This document shows positions 1-12,200 of a stretch of 64,000 nt of DNA, piece by piece. Source of the DNA: Yuukianura sp. NJ FZ-2021 (lineage: Eukaryota); assembly GCA_046563655.1 (NCBI GenBank), contig CM102288.1:6200001-6264000 (forward strand). The letters are read 5' to 3'. Both the position numbers and the translations under genes were made by a program. The notes under the pieces are model-generated. The model made no database searches and was not told the DNA's origin. It was given only the letters and a program-made list of their open reading frames with translations. Each line of letters opens with the position of its first letter. Positions within the stretch are counted from its first letter, which is position 1.

Positions 1-3000
1 ATTGGGGTTGTTTGTCTGTGTGTATACCTTATTGCGTTTGGAGATAACCCGCTTTGAAAAGATATATTGAATGTGATCTGAGGAAATAAATTTTGAGAAC
101 TTGCGTGTTGAGGAAATCCATTTTTAGGAAATGTGCTGAGAAATTGTGTTTTGAGGTAAATTGGAGGAAATTTATTCTGAGGAAATAGATTTGGAGGAAA
201 TGTTCCAAGGAATTTTGTATTGAGGGAATTTCTTGTAGTATTTGTTTTGAGGAAATTATTGTTCGCGGAAATGAATCTTGGATGTTGATCAAATGTTCTG
301 ATAAATTGTGTTTGGTTGAAAATTGAGTAAAAGTTTAGACGAAATGTGTTTTGAGGACATTTGAGTAAATGTTTTGAGGAAATGTGTTTTGAGGTAACGT
401 GTTGCATGGGAATAGTTTCCGTTTCACTTTCACATGAACGGAGGAGGAAATTGACAGAAGAAGGTCATGGATATTGCGGGCGAAGGGGAAAAGTGATTTG
501 GCGGAAGTAATAGATTGCATGTGGACTTGAGTTTTGTTTAGCCAAACTAAACTCCAGCGACAAGCAAGGCGGAAAATTCAATTTCATGGAGAGTAGTGTA
601 GGGAAACAGTGAAAGTGAAATTTGGAAACAGAAGTGGAAACCTATGCAAAATCCGGAATTCGGGAGGTGGCGCTCGGGTGGAACCCAAACCTAATATTCA
701 TTTCCTTTTCTCCATTATCCCTCCATTGTGCTCCACACGAACTTTCTCCACTCCCTCATCCACAAGCTAAAAATAAAGTGGGGCACTTGGACCTCAGCCA
801 AGTCCCCCCCTTACCAAGGCCATTCAACCCCCCCTTAACTCTAACCCCCCCCCTTCTCCGTCATTCCCCTAAAAGCTTAAGACTTATTGACACTCACCAC
901 TCAAACTCTCCTCAAAGAACCACAGTGACCCAAACTTAATCTTCCTACAAGCTACAGCACAAAAAACGAAAAAAGTACAAGATGAAATGAAAAAAAAATG
1001 AAAATCCATCGGAAATGAAAAAAAAAGTTGACTGGTACGAGAAGGAAACGGAAAAGAAACGGAAAAACTGAAATGAAGAACCCAGAAAATTGAAAGTTTA
1101 GCTGAAATGAAAAAAAGAGGAAATGAAAAGTTTGTTGAAATAAAGACCACAAAAAGTTAAAAGTTAACTGAACTGAAAAATGGAAAAAGAAACTTAACTG
1201 AAAAAGAAAGTTTTAAGACTTTAAATTTCGTTCACAAGATTGTTTCTCATGTAAAAGGTTGGTTTCGGATTTTGGACATGACTTTCAGCGTGGAAAAGAG
1301 CATCAACCCGATAACGCAACAGTCTGAAATTTCACAGACGTCATGTGGGCTTAGAGTAGAATCGATGTTCAAAAAATTGGCGTGATGCGTTTTCGGGTTC
1401 TCGTCCAAAAGTGACGCCAAAGTTGATCTAGTTTTCAACAAAAAATTCGCAATTTTCTGATTATTAAAATGTATAACATCGTCGAGATTAATGTAATTTT
1501 TACCACAGAAATATGCACAATTGTAAGTTTCGTTCTGCGAAGCTGCACAATTTCAAACTTCGGGTTTTCAATTTTTATTTTGCACAATTTCTAACTTTTT
1601 AAGTGTATCCGCTGCACATTTTCCTGGTTTTACGTTTTTAGGATGCACAATTTCTAGATTTTGTGTTATTCGCAGTGCACATTTCAAAAAGTTTACGTTC
1701 GAACATTGCACAATTTTCGTACCTTTTCTGTTGTTGCGTTGCACAAGATCAAACTTTCTGGCTGTCACATGGCACAGTTTCGAACCTTTTGTGTTTTAAA
1801 TTGCACATTTTCATAAGTCATAATAATGAGAATTAAGGGCTTGTAAACCGAATATACGTAAGTAGCGAAAGCCCTGTTGAAGTCTGGAAGTGTTGAATTT
1901 GGTAAATGAGTTCCAATTCTAAATGAGTCCATTTTGTTCTTCAGTGATTTCGAAGAATGAGTTAAAAGTTTAATGTTGCAGTTTTAGATTTTTACGAATG
2001 ACGAATTTATACTCCATTTTCCTAAGAAAAGTTTGTCGTAGAACGAAAAAGAAATCAATTTTTGATAGAATTTTATATGAATTCGTATGAAATTAAAACT
2101 TCTATCAAACTTTGCATACGAAACGTTGTCTAGGAAAATAAAGCATAAATTGGGGTTAACAGGTTAGGCTACCTTGGAGTTTTTAATTTGTTAGGGAAAA
2201 TCATTCAAAACAACAACAAAACGTTTTCGTTATTTCCTTATTCGAGATTTTTTTCAACGATCGCCTTATTGCCTAACCTGTTAATGAAACAGTTTTCTTT
2301 TAAAACACCGTGGCTGCATCTGTTGCCTGTGTTGTAGATAGTTGACGTCAATTATTGACTGACGGCCAGACAGACAGGAAGGGTCAAACCATCAAGTAGC
2401 TTTCGCTATTTAGGAATAACAGGTGTTTCACAATTTCGAGCTTTTTGAGTTTTGATGTTGCACAAGGCCGAAAGAATTGTGCAACATTGTGCACATTTGT
2501 GAAAAAAACAGGCGATTTAAAACGATTTATAACGTTATTAATTGGGCCGGAGAAAATACAAACAATCATGTGGCACTGGGCCGGTTTTTCTACAGAAACC
2601 CGAAACCATCCTTTGTTTCCGCAATCCCAAAATATTTATGTGACGTTTTGTTCAGAATTTAGTATCGTAGTTGAGATGTTAAGGAATACTAAGGTTGTGC
2701 AACATAAAGTTATGTAACGTTATGTAAAGGCTGTGTTACATAAAGATGCGATGCTAGGAGGAAGCTCTTTTCTGGTTTTACTATCGGGATGATTTCTTGG
2801 CTGGAACAGAAAAGAAAATGAAATTTGAGGGAGGTTTTCTTTGAAAGAAAGTGAGAGAAAGTAGTTTTTTTTGCGTTTTGATTAAGTCTCTTTAGAATTC
2901 TTGTGTGGGTTTGTTCGGAAGGAGAGAAGGAAGGTGTGAGATTACATCAAAAAGAATTGGATGATCCTCCGGGTTATCTTGTCACTCTCAGCCTTAAAAC

Positions 3001-3278
3001 CTGAATCAAATCACGTCTTCAACTAGCTCAGTTTACATAAAAACAGGGTTCGCCTGTCACCCTCCGGTAATTTTTTCAAAGATTGACTTATTGCATAACC
3101 TGTTTAAAAAAAAACTATATCGTTATCAAGACACCTTGCGTGTAACCATCCTTGCATAAATGGTCTTACATAAAGTTAAAGTCGAAAACTTTGCTGAAAA
3201 ATAATCAAAACTGGAGTTATTGCCTAACCTGCTCAAGAGCAAGTGTTTGTTTATCAACCTTGGATGAATTGTACTGAC

Positions 3279-6200
3279 CTGTTCCCAGACGAGCCCTCTT
3301 TCGGCAGCTCCTGGACGCAGGTTCATGATCTGGAGTTCGACCGATTTGAGGGTTCCGTCGGAGTGGAAATGGATCGGGGGTTTGTTGGGGCTGGAGTCAA
3401 GGTCAACCGATACATTTCTAAGGGCTTTGTAGAACCGATCTCCCTCCGCCCACTTCGCTCTCTCACCCCTCCCAGCACAAGACAGAGAGGGGGACAGAGA
3501 GACAAGGTCGTTCGAAGTGTCACTCACAAAAGACTCCACTCCATGCAGAAACACTTTGAGCGTGGCAGAGATGAGTGGAGTGAGAGCCTCATAACTCGTG
3601 TTGAAGTGGACACCTACAGAATCCAATAAAGTCAATTTTAGTTACTCCCGCCATCACACCAGGCACATCACATAGTTACTCCCGCCATATCACAAGTCAC
3701 ATGACATGCCCAGATAAATGTGAGAGTTTTTGAAAGGAAACGAGGCAGAAAAGTTTCGGAACAAAGCAACTTTTATGACAAGTTAGCCTAAAGTCTCCCG
3801 GGTGGAATGAGAGCCTAGGGTTTTCAAAACTCCCGGGTTTTTCTGTTCAGAATGCTGAGAAATACCCGGGTGTTTTTGGCGTGCCAGAAAACCCTGACAG
3901 AAAACACCTTTGGTTTTTCCCAGTACAACTTTTTTTGTCTCTCTCACTTTCACCCAACTTGAAAACCGTGAGAAAGTTGTGTAGTATGTTTTGTGCACCA
4001 GAAGGAATTGGATGATTGTTGTGCTTCATTGACTTTGGATATGTCAAACCATGTGGACCATATGGGACAAATACTGCTACGCTTGTGCAGAAAACTAGTT
4101 TCAGGCTACAAACATTGCAAATTTATCTGAACATGCGCATCAAATCCAGTTTCTGCTTTAGAAACATTTCAGCACATGGGAAATCACAAAACTTTTCCCC
4201 AGAATAACTTTTTCTCTGAAAAAAAAATTAAAGAAAACAACTTTTTTTGTTTTACATTTTAACATTTTCGCAAATCACCACCAGATCTACGGGGTTTCGT
4301 GGGAATTTTCTCATAGGCGATTTTTTAAAAATCTTTACAACACATATGACAGTTTTCGCGGATTTTTTCTTCAAGTTTTCCAAAAAAAGTACGTCAGAAT
4401 AATTTTTTTGAAAACTGTCTGTCTCAATTGTTATGTTAGGCTAGAATAGGTTAGGTTTATGTTAGACTTGTCTTTCCTTGTACTTTTGTATGAGTTTGGA
4501 CAAGTGAAAGTGATATTCGTGTTAGTTGAAATTCATGAGGGACTTTGAAAATGAGCCAATTAAGCTGTTGGGAGCGTGTAGCCATGTCTGAGAGGAGGCT
4601 ATTCCATTAATCCTTGTACTTTCTGCGCTGCCAGGAAGTTAGGTTGCTGTTATGCTAGTTAGGTTTAATGTTGGGCCAGTGTCGCTTCCTTCCGCTTCAA
4701 CAAATTTAAGCTCTCTAATTAGCTAAGCAAGCGTTAAGGAAAGTGGAGCACAAGGGATGAGAGACAGTTTGGAACAAACAAACCAAACCCCTTCGTCTGT
4801 CGGATTAAGAACGAATGACGAAGTGCGGTTTCAGCTTTCCCCTGAAATACGCCAACAGTGGCTCAATTACACCAATTTTTCAAATAACGCCCCACGCCTG
4901 TCCAGAACAAGGTCACTTCTGCCCGGGGGTTTCCAAACAGAGATCGTTATTAACACAAACACAACTTTCTGCGTTATTTCATTCACTAAAACATCGTAGT
5001 CACAGAAAACTGAACTATAAAAAAATTAAGTATCAAGCTTTAGACGTCAATGAAACGCACAAAACAACAACGTAAAACAAAAAACTTCAATGCAACCCCC
5101 AAAATGTAAGTAAAAGAAAGAAAAAAAAACGTCGTTATTACCGCAAACGTTTCAAACAAAAGCGAAACGTTTTGCCGTCAATTCCACTTAAACGAACAAC
5201 ACAATATCCAAGTAATGTAAACGTGTAAAAGACAAACGTCCATCAAAAAACGTTATTTTGACGTTCAAAAACGTGAAACGTAAGTAAAACGTATAATTGT
5301 GAATTGAATAAAAGGATTTCCATGTGTCAAAAAACTCTCCGCGTATAGAAAACGTTCATCGTAAATTCTCCAAAAAACGTCATCCGAACGTAGAAAAACG
5401 TTATTCGGACGAGGTAAAACGTCATTCGGGCTGGGACAAAAGTCATTCGGGTTGAGAGAAACGTCATTCTGACGTGGAAAAACGTCGTTTGGGCGTAGAA
5501 AAGCGTCAAAACGTAGAGTCAAATAGCTTTTTGTTTGACTTACCGAGCATGCCAACGGGGAAATCGACCGGAGCGTCATGGCTGTTGCCAATGGCAGACT
5601 GCGTGACGATCCAGACGTAGTTGGCTCCCGTAAGTCCGAGTTTGGCGGCTCCTTTTAAAATTTCTGCCGCTTCGTCACGGGTTGAGTAGAGCAGGAGGAT
5701 TCGTGCCTCTGACCCCACGAGAGACAGCAAATCCTGCTCACTCAAAACTATCACCGTCGTCAGAATCACAAACTTAAAGTCAGATGTCTGCACATGGTCA
5801 CGCAGAGCTTGGTTGAACTCGTCGTGACCTGCGATTTTACTCGTGACCTGTCAAAGAAATCAAAATTCGAAAGTTTATTTCTCAGACATGATTGAAATTT
5901 TCCAAATTTTCAGTTGTTTTTAAATTCTTACAACTGCAAACTGATGCCACTTGTATCGGACGAGAATGCTGAGCATGGCTGCTGCTTGGTGTGCAATCGA
6001 CGGAGCCAGTTGAAGAATCATGTCACGCTGACCTGCCCTCTGCAAAATAAAAGTCAAAGGTCAAAGGTCACCAAGAAAAACAACCGCTTTAGCCTAACTG
6101 AACTTTTCAGAAGTTTGCGCTGATTTGGAATCTTTCTGCCTATTTTTCTTTTTCGCACACAAAAGAAAAGTTTTTGTTCTTTATAGCATGAAAAGTACTG

Positions 6201-9200
6201 GAAGGAGAAAGCGAAGCGATTATGCCACCCATTTAAGAAATATATGCATTTTGAGCGCCAAAGGCGAAACTTTCTGCTTTCCCTTATCGTTTCGATTGTG
6301 TTTAAATCTGAATATTTCACAAAACTTTTTGCGTCTATAAAAGAACTCTCCGCAGTTTCTCTCTCTTTTTTATGACTCATTTTTTAGAAATATTAAACAG
6401 TTTCGGCACTTTAACTCTCAGTTTATTAGGCACAAAAGTTTGACAAGACACGAATAGACACGAAATCGATGCACAGTTGGTATCTACCAACTGTACATTG
6501 CAAAAAAGGGAGAAGAAAAACGTGCCTAGAGTGGGATTCGACCTCACATTTACCGTTCCCGGGTACTCGCTCTCACAGTTGAGCTATTCCGTTACAGTAT
6601 CTTTTTGCTGAAATACAGAACAGAAGAGAGCACAAAAGTAGAACAAAACAGGAAAAGCGTAAAATCAGGAGAAAGAATGGAGAAAAATCAGGAATAAAAG
6701 AGGAGAAAACAGAAATTAGGAGAAAAGGAAGGAAAAAAGAGCAAACTCAGAAAACAGAAAGAAAAAGAAAAAAATTGTAGGCCAGAAGGAAGAAAACTCA
6801 TTGTGTCAATTGAATTATGTCAACAGAATTGCGTCAACTACAATTTTGTCAACTGGTCAATTACGACTAATTGTGTCAACGTCTGTAATGCTTAATTGAA
6901 CGTAGGTTTGGTATAGTTTGGTTCGTTGATACACGTAGCCGTCGACATAATTGATTGTTGATAGAATTCCAGTTGACACAATTCAGTTGATGCAATTTAT
7001 TTGACACAACGGTATGGAACAGGAGGTCCATATGAGTATCGGTTGCTTAAAAAACAGAAGAAAAGAAACTAAAAAACAACGCGTTTAGAGAAACTTTAAA
7101 AACGTTTTTTTCTTGCTTTAAAAACTTCAAATTTTCTCCATAAAAGTTCGTTTTTTTTTCTTTACTTTGTAACCCAAACCAAAAAACTGGATACACTTTT
7201 AGAGAGACAAAAAGAGAAGAATTCTTTGTGTATTTTGAGACATGTCATGGCTCCGAGGAATGCTGTAATTTGAAGGTCATTGACCCCTCTGCTTCCACTG
7301 GAATGTCACTTTTGAGCAAATTCCTTTGTCCTTTGATCCGTTTCAAAGAGATTTCTTTGTCCTGAGAAGAATGTTGATTCGTCTTTAGAATGAGATTGAT
7401 ACTCCGCCAAAGTCATTTTGAGAAGTCTAAAGAGGAGACGACCATTCCTGTGAAAAGGGAGAAAGTGGGACTATTCCTCTGAAAAGGAAGAAAGTGTCAG
7501 ACTTCAAACTGGGATTTCCAATATAATCAAATGGGAGAGGAGTGACACTCCGCTGGGACTTTCTCTCTGGCTACAACTTCAATCTGATTTAAACTTTTGT
7601 TCGGAAGTGTCAGAATAGCGGAACTGGGCTCGTTCGTGCTCATGATAGGGACACTCCTGTATTTTTTTGTTCTGTCATTTGGGATAAGTGGCAGGGGAGC
7701 AATTAATAGTGAACAGAGATGAATTGCTCTTCTGCTTGGCTAGAATTGGAAGTGACAGGGACAAAGAACCCATGAAAGGCATGGGGTGTCAGGTCACGTG
7801 GGCTGCTTAGTCCAAAAAATGTCACAAACTGACGCATCACCAAAAGAGAAATGACAGCGTTCAGACGTCATCAAAACTGTTCTACGTATGTCTGGTGAAA
7901 AAAAAAAGTGGAATTCGTAGGAAATGAACACTAACTTAAAAAAAAACGCACGAATCACCTATCAGTTCACAATGAACGACCACCTACCACTTGCTCCACC
8001 ACAGACCACCTACCACTTGTGAGAACCCATCACTTTGCAAAAACTGACCCCTATCATTTCACGACCACCTATTATTTCACTACCACCTACCACTTCACGA
8101 CCATCTACCATTTGACGAAAAGCGGACTTTTTTCAAGTGAAAGTGAATACCCACAGTGGAACTTGGGTTTTGGTTAACCCTGGAATTCATTTGTATGGAA
8201 AATGGAAAGCGGATATGATGTGAGATGAATGCGGAAGACGGAAGACGTCGTGAGGCGAACAAACATTGATTCAATGTGAACATCTCATAAGAGGGAACTT
8301 TCTACTGCGGTATAACATTACTGCTACAGTTTTACATTAGCACCAAAGTCTAATATTACACTATCATAGTCTAATATTGCACTACCATAGTCTAACATTT
8401 CAGTATCGAAGTCTAACGTTACAGTGACTCTATGTAAGGTAGACGGGAGGAGTCATTTTTTATTTGGCGGGAGAAAGTCATTGGTGTGTAATTGGAAGTT
8501 GGTTCCTTTTCACTTTTTCCGTCTCTGGAATCGTTACAAGAAAAGAGAAGGGGGAGCGATGAGGGTGAAATTGAAAGTGATAAATCCAACAGCCTCCTTT
8601 GGACAAATTACTCCTGAAACCACCTTAATCAGAACAAATGCGGAGGAGTTGTTCTTACTCAGCACTACGACCCTCATACAAAGGAAATTGGCTCACCACC
8701 AATGGCAATGGTCACCGAAAATTTAAACTCAAACGACAGCAAACTTCCCGCCATTTCCACTTCCTCACTTTCTCCATAGTGGAAAACTCAGTCACTACTC
8801 AAATTTCATCCTGCACGACCTCAATTTTCTCCAAAACTTGAAAAAAGTGGAACCTTTAAAAAAAAGTTCACTTTCCTCCAAATTTTTGCATTTCTTCAGT
8901 TTTAAGGATATCCTCAAATGCTGGTGGAAATGAATGCAATTATGGAAATAAATTACGTAAATGATGTAAGTAATGTTTGAGGATATACTCAAAGCTTTGT
9001 TTTTCAAATCATGTAAATGATGTAAGTATTGCTTGAGTACATCCTCGAACGCTTCTTTTTCTAAAACTAAAATGATGGAAATGACGTAAGTAAATGTCCG
9101 AGTATATCCTCAAAAACCTTCTTTTTGTCTAAAATGATGTAGTAAATGTTTGAGGATATCCTCAAAAGTATTTTTCGTGGCGCCAAGAGCGCTGCCATGG

Positions 9201-12200
9201 AGGGACATAGGAGGCTAAATTTGTGTTATGCTCCATAAAAATTCAGAGGAAGTAGAAAAGTAAAAGTGGAGTTTGGTTTTGAAAGGAATAACTACGCTTT
9301 CTCTCCGGCGCATTTATCTTCTTTATCCAGCGTTCCAATAATGTTCTCCTCGCTCAAAGTAGAAAACTAAGGGCTCCTTTCTATTCAAAATGGGTGCAGT
9401 TATTTGAGAATAATAATTCTGGAATTAAGTAGGCGGAAGGAACAGGAGTTTGCTCATCCAACCTACCTTACGTGCAGCTTTTACGAAAAGAGACAGAAAA
9501 AGTTAGGTGAAAGCGGAGTGCGTAAATAAATGAAAAATATGCGTCTTTCAAATATTCCTTTAAAAAAAGTTCCATTTTTAACAATCCTCCATTGTTTTAG
9601 AAAACTCCATTTTTTTGTTGGAAAACTGCGTTTTCTTTCAAAACATCGTTTTTTGAAACACTCGCCTGTAAATTATTTCCACTTTGTTCTTTTGCCATTT
9701 CACTGAAACTGAAAAGTGCTTTTGTAATTTGCAAACAACAGAACCTAATTGTTTCTGCTGCTTTAATTACAATGTTCTCCATAAAACCAAAGTGGGGCTC
9801 GTTAATTATTAATCAACGAAAATGAAAATAACTCAAAAGTTGCCTCCAGCAAAAAAACATTCTGCGAGAATTCAGACTTTTGGTACACAGAAAGTTCCAC
9901 TTTTTGAAATTCCTTTTCAAAATTCCGTTTCTTCATATTTTACATTTTCATAAAACTTCATTTCTGTAGCAAATGAGCCGTTTCAGTTTCAAAGTTTTCA
10001 TTTTATTTCAAGAATCTCGGCTAAAGTATGAGAGAAAGTTATAATTTCGTGTTTCAGTTCATTTTCGCTGCTTTCACAAAATTTCTAGCTGAAATTTTGA
10101 GATGACCTTTGACATGGGAATGCATGTGGTTAGAAGATAATCCTGTTGGGAATCCACCTTTGTTTGAAATTCTAATTACCTTGTAAGCCTACGACTCAAA
10201 TGAGAGATTAATAAGAGGAAGAGGCAAAGTCGTTAATTAGAAAGTGCCGAGAGTGTGTGTGATGATTAGTTTCCTGCTAAATTTCAAATTCTAAACCTTC
10301 CCGCCACAGCTACCGGTTTTTAGGTTATCATCCAACCAACATCCATCTCAAAACTTGCTGAGTAATTCATGTGAAGCGAGATACACTAACAACGGAAACT
10401 CGGTTGCCATGGCAACTGAAAATTTGGTTGCCATGACAACCAGTAACTTTGTTGCTAAAAGCTAGTAAAAAGGAAAAACTATTCAAAGGTAACAAATAAA
10501 TCTAATGAATCCCACTTTACAATTTTTTGGACATGACGAGAATGCTACACGTTCTTCCTGGGACTTCGCCCAAGAATTTTTAAATCGCATTACTTTTTCA
10601 TTGAACTCATTTGAATAAATTGTGCTTGAACATTTCCATTTTGAGCAAATTCAATTTGACCTAGTTCATTTTGAACTGCCTGCTCTCATTGGAGAGATCT
10701 GCAATGCAGCAGAGGGTCCACTTCCGGCTGCTTTTGGTTATGTGGTGGAGCCAAAGTTAAACTGAGAAGTTGGAGTAGTGGGGCCCAAGAGAGGGGAATC
10801 GTAGTAGCTACTCGTAACTCTTTCCGTTGTCAATAAAAATGTCAAGGGCGGAAGGAAAGGGAGAGTGGAGAAAGCTCATCTCCATTCCCCTAACCAAACA
10901 CTCCCCCTCTTAATTCCCCTACATCCTATATTTTCTCAGGCGCTAATGAGAAAACGTCACACGAACCAACACTTTTACAGTTACAGCAACATACTTCTCA
11001 ATTCCCACGCACAAAAAAACTTTGCCGTTGGGTGGGCTCGAGCTCGCGGCCTACTCAATTTACTCACTCTGCTCATTACCATATCGCAACCCGAAGGCTG
11101 TGAGCTTTCTCTGCATTTGTTTCAAACCTCGTCACAGAAATGTCAAGCATACAATACATTTAATTAAACTCAATGTACTAAACTCAAAAAAAAATTAGCA
11201 GGTGCGAGGATTCGAACGCTCGGCTTACCAATTTGAGTAAATTAGCTCATTTAAATTAATTCAGAGACAATAAAGTTCTTTCACCTCTATCTTTTACAAA
11301 CAAAATGAAAATACGTCGGTACATTGTTTTGGGCTGGATTTAAATTTTAAAAAAATCACGGAAGGTGGTATTGAACCGACGCCCTCAGAAAAGGAAGAAA
11401 AGTGTGGACTTACCCTGAGTAGCCCTGAGTTGTCAGCATTCCAAGCAATGACAGGAATGCCAAGGTATGCTGCTAATTGCAGAAAGTACTGCGATGCCAC
11501 CGTGCTGCGGCCGTACGATTCAGAGTTAGTGAGGTACAGGATGGCTGAGACATTGGCCGACAAGAACTTGCCGCATAGTGAGTCCAGAATATCTGTACAA
11601 CAGAGAGCAACGTTATTTAAATCCAAATTTTGTTTGTTTTTTTCTTAGCAGGTTATGCCATAACTCCTGTCACAAAAAATTATTTTAATTTTTTGTCTGA
11701 AAAAGTTGACAGCTCGCCATGTTAAACAAACGGGATTGGTACAATTTTTTTTCGCAATTTTTTGAAAAACTAAATGGAGTTATGACATCACCTGTTAGTG
11801 CAGTTGCATAAATGGGCGTTATAGCAACCTTGGCAGAGAGTAAAAGCCACTTAAAGGTCATGCATGATTTTAATATTCAAAAGAGTCCGCTTCTCCCGCC
11901 ACTTGACATTCCCACCCCTTCGCCAGTTTAACACAATTTCACATCAGAAATGGAAATTACATTCAGGAGCTTAGAAGAATTTATTGAAAAGAGTATCGAA
12001 TTTAGAAACTTTTGTAATTTGGAGTTTGACTTGAACTTAAGGCGGTTCGAGATTGAAAACAATCAATCAATGACAAGGCTGCTAAAGAAAGTTTCCATTT
12101 TTAAAATCACAGCTCAAATCTCAAAAAAAAAGTAAAAAAAAAAACGTTCAGAAAAACTGGAACAAGAAAAAGTTTTGTTGTTTTTCATAAAATGAACAAA

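Noticed and set aside
3816..3896. Short TAGGGTTTTC…GAAAACCCTG inverted repeat
   Set aside because: Only ~80 bp, with no TSD and no second copy in the window.
5265..5591. ORF with PND-repeat ([13 protein letters not shown]…)
   Set aside because: Arises from a degenerate 21-bp AAACGTC repeat in an Nmdar2 intron and overlaps a real exon in another frame.
6522..6593. Functional tRNA genes here and at ~11200, ~21190, ~33117 and ~61655
   Set aside because: Acceptor and anticodon stems are imperfect and the copies are mutually diverged; treated as SINE heads or pseudogenes.
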